Origin: a virus
Length of the DNA: 64,000 bases
Reading direction: 5' to 3' (one strand)
IMG/VR virus record: IMGVR_UViG_3300035698_020096
Location: 16,174-80,173 of that record
The translations under genes were made by a program, and so were the position numbers. Shown in pieces: positions 1 through 8,972 of this stretch. The notes under the pieces were generated by a model. The model was not told the DNA's origin, ran no database searches, and worked only from the letters and a program-made list of their open reading frames with translations. Position 1 is the first letter of the stretch. Each line of letters begins with the position of its first letter.

Positions 1-3000
1 CTGACTCCCTATTCCTTTATCACTAATCCATGAATCTTCAAATCCCATCATTAGAGAAGCTATTAGTCCCTTACCTGTAATACCTCCCTGTTGCGTTTCT
101 AAACTACCTATAAGGGGTTCAAGGTACTTCTTATTACGAATAATAGTAGAACCATGAGAATAGAAATAGCTCTTGAGGTTAGAAGGACTGAATAAACCAA
201 AGACTTGACCTACATCTATATCCCCAGTAGCCCCTGCTTTATTCCTATTTAATTGTTCAGTTACATAAGAGAAGAAGTCTGTCTTACTTCCTGGTACTTG
301 ATATAGCTCCTCTAGACCAGTAAATTTAAGTACAGCTTTAGGTAGTCCTCCAGTACCTTCAACTCTCTTACCTCCACCTACCATAATGGAACGTAAATAT
401 ACCATTTCCCATAACAACTGGTTATTATCAGCATTACCCATCAGTTGTTTAGAATCAAGTACATACTCGACACTATTCTCTGAGGCTCTATACCAGGCCT
501 GTCTATCTAGTTTAGATACGTTAGGTAAATCATTAATAGTTCTAAAGTTATCGATAACTTCTGTGAGTGCCCCTACTTGGTCTCTAGAGTCAACTACTGA
601 TTTAGTAACATAATTACCTTCAGTATCTGAATAGGTATAGTATCTATCAAAACTATCTCCAAGAGTAGCCCTTACTAGCTCTAACTTAGCTTCTCCTGTA
701 AGCTTATCCATACTTACTATTTCTTTAGGAATACCTCCCCCTTGCTTCATCATTTCCTCAGCAGAACCCCAAACTAATACTCTATTAGTATCAGAGTCAA
801 AGGTAACTATATCTCCTCTATTTGCTAACATTACCCCTTTATGGCTCCATTCCTCTGATAGTTTAGAAGACTTCTGTCTCTTCTCACTCTTATCTATAAA
901 GCCACTCATAGTACCCATACGTCCTATTACCTCAGCTTGAGACACCTTATCTAATCTCTTCCAGTCATAGCCTACAGACCTTAATTTAGATTTAACGAAT
1001 TCTCTATCATCTGTACTAGAACCATATAAAGGATTAGCCCAAGCGTAGTCACTATAGTCCCCAGTGAGTTGAACTAAAACTATAGGGTCAAATCCTTCCT
1101 TATTACCAGTAAAACCTTTAATACCCCCAGCCATAGAGTCAGCTAATTTAGCTCTAGTTAAAAGTAGCTTTCTAGCTATAGAAGTAGACCCTGGTAGAAA
1201 CTCATTATCTAAGAATCCAAATTCATCCTTAAGTTCTTTCTTAGCTTCCTCAATTAGATTAGCTATTTCGCTATTAACAACTGTTCTAAAGCCTGCATCA
1301 CTAACTACCGCTGTATTTAAATCAGTACCTACAGTCGTCTCCACCCTACTCCACATAGTTCTAAGACTACCCATTAATTCTTCACTGTTTACAGATAGTC
1401 TTTCTAAGGAAGCCCTTTCAACTACTTTCTCAATAACTCTAGAAGGATTGTACATCCCTAGATTACTAGTACCCACTACATCCCTAAGTATTTCTACAGC
1501 TCGTTTAATTCCCCATGATTCCTTCTTAGCTAATTGAGACATTAGGTCTACTTTAATACCTGTAACTCTTTCATTAATTAGACCTGATACATCTCCTTTA
1601 GTAGTAAGACGATAAGATAGTTCTCTATCTAACTCAAACATAGGTCTACCTCCCAGAACATTCTTTAAACGTTGAGGTATCTGTGAAGCTTTCTTTGCTA
1701 CATTAAACGTATAGTTTATTGACTCATTTACAGTCTCATCTTTAAATGGAGTAGCATCTATTAAATCTTTAAAGTCTTTATTTAATCCATTAGGTAAAGC
1801 TTCCCCAGATTGGATTCTATCTACTAGTTCATCCGTATTAGCTATACCCAACGTTCTTAAAGATGACGAATATTTATCATACAGCAGTTCACTTATATAA
1901 GTAACATATTGGTCTCTAGTGTTTATATAACCCACCCCTGCAAATGAGGCCAGTTGCACTGAGCTTACATCTCCAGTAGGAGTTTTATTAATACCATACA
2001 CACTAAGTCCAGTAGTTTCTTGACTAGCTGATATACCACTACCGTCTGCTACTCCTCTAATAGCCCCTTCAGTTCCCTTACCTGTAGTATTAGCAGGACC
2101 AAAGATATAAGATTGAGCTAGAGCATATCTATAAAAAGCTTCACCTTTATTCAATTTATCTATAAATATTTGTTGATTATTATTAATACCGTATAAGGGA
2201 TTTTTAAACCATGCTTGAGATGTTCCATAGGTAGAAGCTCCAGATTGAGTAATAAAGGGTTCTAACATCCCGGCCTTTACTTCTTTAATATCTGACTTTA
2301 ATTTAGTGGCATATAGAAAGTCTTTTCTACTCTCTAATATCCCTAATGCAATATCGGATTGGAAGGTACTTACACTTTCCAATCCCATGTATCTATCGAA
2401 GGTTTCTCTAATAGCGCCTACAGCATCTTTCTTAAGTGACTCAAGAGCCGATCTTCTTTCGCGACTAACTTTAGGGTCAGTTATCTCTCTATTAACATCT
2501 CTAATTAACTCAAGATGACTTAGTACTGAACGTCTAAGAGCTAAGTCAGTATCTCCATATATTTGCTCCTTAGTAAGCCCTCTATTAGCTAATCCTTCCC
2601 CTTTAGCTAACTTATCATATATACCCCCTCCAGTAAGTTCAAGAGCTCTTTTAGAAGTACCACTTACCCTCTCTCCTAAATGTTTAGTAGTAAAAGTGGA
2701 TATAAGTTTAGATATTTCATAATCACTTAATGAATTATCTAATAGGAAAGTACCAGCACTTGAATCAGTACCTCCTGAAGCTATATGACCTCTAGATAGA
2801 TATTCTAGGTAGCCTAATCCAGCAGTAGCTAATCTAGTAGTTTGAGCATCGTACTGGCTTTCCTTTAGAGCTTTCATATAAGCCATCGGCTCAGCTACTA
2901 AAGTTCTATAAGTAGTCTCTGCTGCTAATGTACTAACTACATTTATTAACGAATCTACTGGACTTAATCTCAAAGCTTCTTTAGATTTAACTACTCGGGG

Positions 3001-6000
3001 GTTTAATTCATACTCCCCAGTTTCATCATTACGAACAAAGGAACCTTCTCCATAAGGTATTCCCCCTATATCTGTGTCAGTATTATTAACAAAGAGAGAG
3101 TTACCTATTACTTTATTCTGGTCAATCAAATATACAAAGCCCTGATTAGTTCCCATCCCTCCTTTTAAACTAGTTAGTCTAAACTTAATAGGATTAAATC
3201 CAACATTAGTATCTTGGAATCCTCTATATCCAACCATATCCGCTGGATTAATAGTGAGTTCCAACGCTAGTAAACTTCCTCCTTGTCCATATATATTCTT
3301 AACTCCCAGTCCCCCTGTATCTAAACCCATATCCTTATTTAATTGTTTAACTCTAGCTGTTATTTCAGCTATACCCAGAGCATTAACTTTATTCTCCCAA
3401 CTAGCTCTAGTTCCTTCAAGAGAAGTGTCAACATTACCTACAGTAGTTTGAGTCAATCTTCTCCATTCTCTTTCTCTATCCGTACCTTGCTGAGCATAGA
3501 AGTTCTCCAAATCTGCACCTAAATTCTCCTCTTCATTTCTATATAAGATTCCTTTAGATTTAGCATGCTCTCTCATCTCTCTAGCTAAGGCAATAACTCC
3601 TACTTCAGAACTAACAGCTTCCTTATCATCTCGACTAAATGCCATTGATTCAGAACCAAAGTTAGAGCTTCCAGTAATACTAGCTATATGTCTATATGTA
3701 TCTTCTCCAAGACCCATACCAGTTCTTTCAATAGCAAATACATTTTTAACGTGAGACATAGTTTCAGTAACACCGATAATGTTACCTCTAGTCATAGCAA
3801 GTAATTGCTTAACTGTTCTATCTGCTGCCTTACTAGCTACTGCTTTAGATTTAAACTTAGACCCTAAACCTAAACTATATTTCTCTTCTATGTTGCTAAG
3901 ACTATCTCTAGAATTAACCCCGGTTTCATCTAGTCCTAATACTTTGAGTAAACTATTTCTATTACCATGCTTACTAGTGAGTTCTTGAAGACTGCTATTA
4001 TATTCGGTCTCCATTCTCAGAGAACCAATCCTCCTATAATCTTCATTAGTAAAGTCAGATAAAGAGGGTCTTCCTTCTGTCCATCCTTTAGGTTTATATC
4101 TTCCATTTCCACTATCTACAGCAGCTTTACCTAATAGGTAATGAACCCTTTCTGTCATAGGCTCTAAGACTTTATCCCTATAGTTCCTAATATCAACAGA
4201 GATATAAGCTTGATTATTAATTAGTAAATCAAATAGATTCTCTTGTATTTCATTTCTATATATAGACCTTCTATTTGATTCTCTTTTACCTGTTAGTTCA
4301 TTAAGAGAAGTTTGCCGACTATTATCAGGTCCAAACTCCCCTCCAAAGTCTCCTCCCTTACCGTAGTACAAGTCATTGTCATATTGAAGTAACCATACTT
4401 GGTTTAGGTTCATATAGACTTCTACTCTTTTATCTGAACCCATCCCCCTCTTACCCTGAGCATAAGAAAGTATAGACCGTAAACCCTGACCTATGTCCCC
4501 CGCTAGTCCTACTTGGCCCCCAGTAAAAGCTTCACCCCCTGTTGCTCTTCTAATCCCTCCAATAGCTAATCCTCTAGTTTGGAGGAATAGATGAGTATCA
4601 ACATATTCCTTAGCTTTTTCTTCCTCTATAGAATCACTCTTTTTAGATAAACCTTTAGATTCAAGAGTACCTACATCTCTCATACTCATATAATCTCTAA
4701 GGTCAGCTCCAGTATCTCTATAGTTTTTATTTATAAGTCTTATCTTCTCAGTAATAGAAGCAGTACTATCAAATCCACTGGATACAGGGTTTAATATACT
4801 TCTCATTCGATTATGAAAGATAACTATTTCTTCATAGTTAGACCCTGCTTGCACTACTGAGTTACCTACTGGGGAAGTTAAGTTAAACGAACCCAACATT
4901 GCATATCTTTCAGTGGTATATGCCTTAGGGTGATACATGCCTTCTGACATCATCTCCAAGGTAAAAGAGGGAAGAAGTTTAGCTATCTTACTATTTATAT
5001 CTAAAGCCCTTTCTTCACTAGATATAGCAATCTTATTAGAAGCTGTAGCGCTTGCCTCTAAATCAAACTCTTTATCTAATATCTTCTTTTGAAGAATATA
5101 TAGTCTTTCCATAACCACTATATTAGGCCCTAGAATCTGGTGTCCTACCATATTTCTTCTATCCCCTTCAGTAGGGCCAGCTAGTCTTAATTGAAACTTA
5201 AACTCACCTCTAGCTATACGCCCACTTTCCCTTTCTAATTTCTTAACTAGTACATCAGCTACCGCTTTATTCTGCAGTTGAAATAAATCAATAGTTAATT
5301 CTTTCTCAGCACTTTCAATAAAGGCTACAGCTGAACGTATACCTGGTTTAGCTACATAATCTGTCTCTGTAAGTATCTGATTAGATACTTCTCTAACCCT
5401 CTCAGTTATATCGGTAAACTTCCCATATTGTCTATTAAGATTAGAAGACTCTCTACTTCTTATTAATTCTTGATGATATTCAGATACACGTCTAGTAGCT
5501 CCTACTTCTTCGGTAACTAATACATTATTCATTAACCAATTACCTGAAGCTATAGTTACTCTATCTCCACCCCATTGGTGTGAGTTATACCATCCCATTG
5601 GTTTAGTAACATATAACCCTCCATATAAAGATTTATTCCCTACTTGAGTCACATCATGTTTAAATAGATGTTGGTATGTTCCGGAAGAAACATAGCCTTC
5701 CCATTCTTCTCTTCTTCTATCCTGTTCTTTACTACTGAGAGTATCATCAAAGAAGCCTTTATCTAATCCAATATTAAAGTTACCTATAACTCTATTTATA
5801 ACCTTAGTACCACTTAAGGTCAAGTCAAACACATCCTGAGAGAAAGAAGAAAATGCGTTCCTACCTAAAGCTCTAAGGACTTCAGTCTGAGGGTCTATAT
5901 TACCTGTACTAACTGATTCAGTAGATAGCTTCTTCTGCCAACCCTTTCTATTTACTTCTCTCTTTTCACTAGTTAAACCTCTATATGAGCTTTGATATCC

Positions 6001-6135
6001 AACAATTAAATTACCAGATTCGTATGTATCTGTTCTTTCTTTATTCCATGAAAGATGGAAGTTAACCGCACCTCTAAGAGCATCATCAACCCCCATATTT
6101 CTAAATGCTGAATCATAATTCTGTATCAATGCCAT
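1..6135 (-). CDS. Giant (>2045 aa, runs off the left edge) multidomain protein: tandem PLD/HKD domains plus a putative two-barrel RNA polymerase beta-like region
   Basis: Hand translation from ATG at 6135 (MALIQNYDSAFRNMG...) finds no stop down to position 1. It contains FIESAEKELTIDLFQLQNKAVADVL, H402-PKAYTTE...GSFNLT...SNYEE and H795-VKNVFAIE...GSSNFG. The confidence value is for the ORF and PLD call; the RNAP assignment is weaker. Confidence 0.9.
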   Translation of the reverse strand, partial: MALIQNYDSAFRNMGVDDALRGAVNFHLSWNKERTDTYESGNLIVGYQSSYRGLTSEKREVNRKGWQKKLSTESVSTGNIDPQTEVLRALGRNAFSSFSQDVFDLTLSGTKVINRVIGNFNIGLDKGFFDDTLSSKEQDRRREEWEGYVSSGTYQHLFKHDVTQVGNKSLYGGLYVTKPMGWYNSHQWGGDRVTIASGNWLMNNVLVTEEVGATRRVSEYHQELIRSRESSNLNRQYGKFTDITERVREVSNQILTETDYVAKPGIRSAVAFIESAEKELTIDLFQLQNKAVADVLVKKLERESGRIARGEFKFQLRLAGPTEGDRRNMVGHQILGPNIVVMERLYILQKKILDKEFDLEASATASNKIAISSEERALDINSKIAKLLPSFTLEMMSEGMYHPKAYTTERYAMLGSFNLTSPVGNSVVQAGSNYEEIVIFHNRMRSILNPVSSGFDSTASITEKIRLINKNYRDTGADLRDYMSMRDVGTLESKGLSKKSDSIEEEKAKEYVDTHLFLQTRGLAIGGIRRATGGEAFTGGQVGLAGDIGQGLRSILSYAQGKRGMGSDKRVEVYMNLNQVWLLQYDNDLYYGKGGDFGGEFGPDNSRQTSLNELTGKRESNRRSIYRNEIQENLFDLLINNQAYISVDIRNYRDKVLEPMTERVHYLLGKAAVDSGNGRYKPKGWTEGRPSLSDFTNEDYRRIGSLRMETEYNSSLQELTSKHGNRNSLLKVLGLDETGVNSRDSLSNIEEKYSLGLGSKFKSKAVASKAADRTVKQLLAMTRGNIIGVTETMSHVKNVFAIERTGMGLGEDTYRHIASITGSSNFGSESMAFSRDDKEAVSSEVGVIALAREMREHAKSKGILYRNEEENLGADLENFYAQQGTDREREWRRLTQTTVGNVDTSLEGTRASWENKVNALGIAEITARVKQLNKDMGLDTGGLGVKNIYGQGGSLLALELTINPADMVGYRGFQDTNVGFNPIKFRLTSLKGGMGTNQGFVYLIDQNKVIGNSLFVNNTDTDIGGIPYGEGSFVRNDETGEYELNPRVVKSKEALRLSPVDSLINVVSTLAAETTYRTLVAEPMAYMKALKESQYDAQTTRLATAGLGYLEYLSRGHIASGGTDSSAGTFLLDNSLSDYEISKLISTFTTKHLGERVSGTSKRALELTGGGIYDKLAKGEGLANRGLTKEQIYGDTDLALRRSVLSHLELIRDVNREITDPKVSRERRSALESLKKDAVGAIRETFDRYMGLESVSTFQSDIALGILESRKDFLYATKLKSDIKEVKAGMLEPFITQSGASTYGTSQAWFKNPLYGINNNQQIFIDKLNKGEAFYRYALAQSYIFGPANTTGKGTEGAIRGVADGSGISASQETTGLSVYGINKTPTGDVSSVQLASFAGVGYINTRDQYVTYISELLYDKYSSSLRTLGIANTDELVDRIQSGEALPNGLNKDFKDLIDATPFKDETVNESINYTFNVAKKASQIPQRLKNVLGGRPMFELDRELSYRLTTKGDVSGLINERVTGIKVDLMSQLAKKESWGIKRAVEILRDVVGTSNLGMYNPSRVIEKVVERASLERLSVNSEELMGSLRTMWSRVETTVGTDLNTAVVSDAGFRTVVNSEIANLIEEAKKELKDEFGFLDNEFLPGSTSIARKLLLTRAKLADSMAGGIKGFTGNKEGFDPIVLVQLTGDYSDYAWANPLYGSSTDDREFVKSKLRSVGYDWKRLDKVSQAEVIGRMGTMSGFIDKSEKRQKSSKLSEEWSHKGVMLANRGDIVTFDSDTNRVLVWGSAEEMMKQGGGIPKEIVSMDKLTGEAKLELVRATLGDSFDRYYTYSDTEGNYVTKSVVDSRDQVGALTEVIDNFRTINDLPNVSKLDRQAWYRASENSVEYVLDSKQLMGNADNNQLLWEMVYLRSIMVGGGKRVEGTGGLPKAVLKFTGLEELYQVPGSKTDFFSYVTEQLNRNKAGATGDIDVGQVFGLFSPSNLKSYFYSHGSTIIRNKKYLEPLIGSLETQQGGITGKGLIASLMMGFEDSWISDKGIGSQ

Positions 6136-6196
6136 ATTCTATATCTCTCTAAATCTTTAATATATTCTCGTTTAATCTAAAGGGACTTTCTCATGC

Positions 6197-6281
6197 ATAA
6201 CATGAATTTAGTTAACTAGTCACCTACATTCACCCATTTTATATCCCACGGCTAAAGCACATGGGTTTTACTGTGCTTTCT
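6197..6281 (-). mobile_element. Orphan IS200/IS605-family left-end remnant
   Basis: Minus strand reads TTAT|AGAAAGCACAGT-AAAA-CCCATGTGCTTTAGCCGTGGG (bulged hairpin). It is an 84-bp inverted homolog of 63760-63843, with the first 43 bp identical. No transposase or right end is nearby. Confidence 0.7.
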
Positions 6282-6472
6282 ATAATTCCATATAGCCATA
6301 TCAAGCCACCATTAGTTCAACATGAGAGTCTGAGTCTTAGTTCCTTTTTCAATTAATATTTAATATTCTTCCCAATCTTTCATTCATATAAATGATTTTA
6401 ATACTTCCCACATATATTTAATAACATCTGTTATATTTAAATAGACCAATCAATTATTTATCAAACAACATT

Positions 6473-6919
6473 ATGGCACCAGAACGTTCAAATCTATTAA
6501 CTATTGAATTCCCTGAGTTTACTCTACCTTCTGGTAAAGTAGTAGCATTTCGTTCCATTACCTTCCGAGAACGTCGAAAGTTAATGAAAGATTATAAAGG
6601 TAGAGAGGAAGGTTATGCAGCAGAAGACTTGTTTGCTGCGTATGCTTTATCTAAAGAAGATGGTATGCCTGTAGCAGACGATTGGGCTATTGATGGTGGA
6701 GTTATTGCTAGATTAGACCATTGGTCTATGAAAGACTTTGCTTATTATCTTGAAGTATTTGTTAGAACCATTGGTTTAGAAGAAGACGAACGTACTAGTG
6801 CTGAATCCGCAGCAAAAAAGATGGTGGCAGCAAGTGGTACTCAGCAAGTGAATACTACCAATCAATCTTTACCCAAGGGGCTCAAAGTACAACCATCTGG
6901 TGGTACTACCGGTTTATAA
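6473..6919 (+). CDS. Tail assembly chaperone (G-type, short form)
   Basis: FTLPSGKVVAFRSITFRERRKL N-terminus resembles myophage tail chaperones; in-frame slippery heptamer A AAA AAG at 6814-6820. Confidence 0.65.
   Translation: MAPERSNLLTIEFPEFTLPSGKVVAFRSITFRERRKLMKDYKGREEGYAAEDLFAAYALSKEDGMPVADDWAIDGGVIARLDHWSMKDFAYYLEVFVRTIGLEEDERTSAESAAKKMVAASGTQQVNTTNQSLPKGLKVQPSGGTTGL
6814..6858 (+). other. Programmed -1 ribosomal frameshift site with a downstream hairpin
   Basis: GCA AAA AAG. The -1 frame opens just after TGA 6802-6804 and stays open to 7440. Imperfect stem GTGGTA-C-TCA/TGA-A-TACTAC at 6834-6858. Confidence 0.75.
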
Positions 6920-7440
6920 ATCCTTCATTAATATATAATCAATCCACAAGGTTAGGCGGTATTTTAGATTACTCATTTGAACCTAAGAATCTAAGTCGAT
7001 ATCTAAGCTGCCCTTATCTAGCTAAATACATATCTGTACTACATATATCCGATAATACTTATGTAACTGCTATACGAAAGCTAGGCTTAATTCCTAATAT
7101 CCTATTCTTCTCTAGAAGATATATATCAGCTGAGTTCTATGTTATGAAAGCATTAATTATAGATGCTATAGCAGATAATATTAGGAAGCAAGCCCATCTT
7201 GATGATTGGATAAGAGTAGCTAATATCTGTAATATTGGCTTACTAGATGGGTTTGGATTCTTAGACCTCTGTGAGTTCTGGAGAACCGCTCTATTAAAGA
7301 GTATTAATGATTATATTAAACAACAGAATGATTCTCAGAAGGAGGTAATGAGATCTATAGAAAGTAAGATGGATAAAGATATTTCACATAATAGTGTTTT
7401 CTCTAGTATTCCTAGTACTAAACACATGTTAGGTAATTAG
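6820..7440 (+). CDS. Frameshifted extension of the tail chaperone (GT-type fusion, about 322 aa); includes track ORF 7144..7440
   Basis: Frame reads DGGSKWYSASEYYQS...AEFYVMKALIID with no stop, and with no ATG until 7144. Confidence 0.75.
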   Translation, partial: DGGSKWYSASEYYQSIFTQGAQSTTIWWYYRFINPSLIYNQSTRLGGILDYSFEPKNLSRYLSCPYLAKYISVLHISDNTYVTAIRKLGLIPNILFFSRRYISAEFYVMKALIIDAIADNIRKQAHLDDWIRVANICNIGLLDGFGFLDLCEFWRTALLKSINDYIKQQNDSQKEVMRSIESKMDKDISHNSVFSSIPSTKHMLGN

Positions 7441-7477
7441 ACTCATTGCCTTGTGATTGAAACTTATCTTTACTTAC

Positions 7478-7516
7478 GAATGGAGTATGTTCCGTATATA
7501 TATATATACTCCATTC
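7478..7516. terminator. Intergenic hairpin before the portal gene
   Basis: 11-bp stem GAATGGAGTAT/ATACTCCATTC with a (TA)n-containing loop. Confidence 0.45.
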
Positions 7517-7545
7517 TCTATAGTTGATAAACAAATATATTTAAT

Positions 7546-8934
7546 ATGGATAAAAGTCCTTCAGAAGAATCTAATTCCACAATAGTCACATTACCCCCTA
7601 TTGAGATATCTCCTAGATATAGAAGGAGACCTATATATCTAGGGCAGATGGGTAAGGCTATATCTTATATAGCAAATGACAACGATATATTTACAACTTG
7701 TGTAAGGCCTAGTACAGAGCAATTGGCTCTATGGGATTCAGCTACTAGGAAAGAACCTATTATCTTTGATGGTCTACAAAAGATGACCTTAGCTATTAAA
7801 GCTAAGCTAGGTACTTACACGCATCCTACACACCCTGAGATTACTAAGTTTGTCAGGGCTAATACAAAAAGATTAAAGAAATGGATAGGAGATGCAGCTC
7901 ATATGGCTTTATGGTCAGGTTCTGCTACTGGTGAAATAGTTCATGAGAGAAGAAAAGGACCTAATGGGGAATGGCAAGTATGGGTCAAGGATATAGTATT
8001 CTATCATCCTTTAGACCCCTTATTTATAGTTAATCAAAACGGTGCTTTAACGCATGGGGAGAAGTTGATTAATAGTCCTTTTCTAACGGGAGTATGGGTT
8101 CCTTGTTCTCAATCTCTTATTAATAGAGGTAGGAGTCTCGGTCCTTCCTTCAGTGGCTCTCATGTTAGATTACCTAAGACCAAGGTATTTCATACTACTC
8201 TTAATGGTCAAAGTAATAATCCTTATGGTATATCTCAATTAGAGGCAGCTATTAAATATCATATATATAAAGAAGCCTTCCTTGAAATGCAAGGGGCTGC
8301 CTTAGATAGGTATGGTACTCCTCTTATATATGCAGTAGTTCCAATGCAACCTACTAAGGATGATATTGAAGAGCCTGATGGAACTACTAGAAAGAAATGG
8401 TATCACGAGTTAGCTACTGAGTTACTATCTGATTTAAGAGGGCAACAATCTATTGTTCTAACTCAGATGGACAAAGACCATCCAGTTAAATTAGAAACCC
8501 TTACTACAGGTAATAACTTTAGTGATGCTTTTAATCAAGCCATTGACCTATGTGATGATAACATAATGATTGCTATGGGTATACCCAACCTAATTCTTAA
8601 AGATAAGAATCAAGGCTTAGGTACTGGGGGTGCAGCTGAAAGACAGATGGAAGCCTACCATATGTTCATAGGAGAGATATATGAGACTATTACTGATGCA
8701 ATACTTGAACAGGTTATATCTCCTTTAATCCTATGGAACTTTGATTATCAAGTCTATACTGAAGCTTATGACCACGGAGGCTTTGGTAGTAAGGCTATTA
8801 GAACTTCAGAGAATGCAGTTCAAGCTACATATATTGAGAAGTTAGTAAACATGGGAATTGTTGACCCAACTGATTCCCGAGATAGAGACTGGGTAAGGGA
8901 TTTATTTAATGCTCCTATTACAAGAGATGAATAA
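7546..8934 (+). CDS. Portal protein (Mu gp29/DUF935-like)
   Basis: NPYGISQL...DRYGTPLIYAV...IDLCDDNIMIAMG motifs, 462 aa, upstream of the protease and capsid genes. Confidence 0.8.
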   Translation: MDKSPSEESNSTIVTLPPIEISPRYRRRPIYLGQMGKAISYIANDNDIFTTCVRPSTEQLALWDSATRKEPIIFDGLQKMTLAIKAKLGTYTHPTHPEITKFVRANTKRLKKWIGDAAHMALWSGSATGEIVHERRKGPNGEWQVWVKDIVFYHPLDPLFIVNQNGALTHGEKLINSPFLTGVWVPCSQSLINRGRSLGPSFSGSHVRLPKTKVFHTTLNGQSNNPYGISQLEAAIKYHIYKEAFLEMQGAALDRYGTPLIYAVVPMQPTKDDIEEPDGTTRKKWYHELATELLSDLRGQQSIVLTQMDKDHPVKLETLTTGNNFSDAFNQAIDLCDDNIMIAMGIPNLILKDKNQGLGTGGAAERQMEAYHMFIGEIYETITDAILEQVISPLILWNFDYQVYTEAYDHGGFGSKAIRTSENAVQATYIEKLVNMGIVDPTDSRDRDWVRDLFNAPITRDE

Positions 8935-8972
8935 GATTCCTATTTAATAAGTTATGAAACAAAGGAGGTAAT

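Noticed and set aside
781-810. TFDSD as the RNAP catalytic DxDGD motif
   Set aside because: It lacks the first Asp and the Gly, and lies within the beta-like region rather than where the beta-prime loop is expected.
386-3988. Four short + strand track ORFs (386, 2306, 3254, 3779)
   Set aside because: Antisense shadows of the giant minus-strand ORF.
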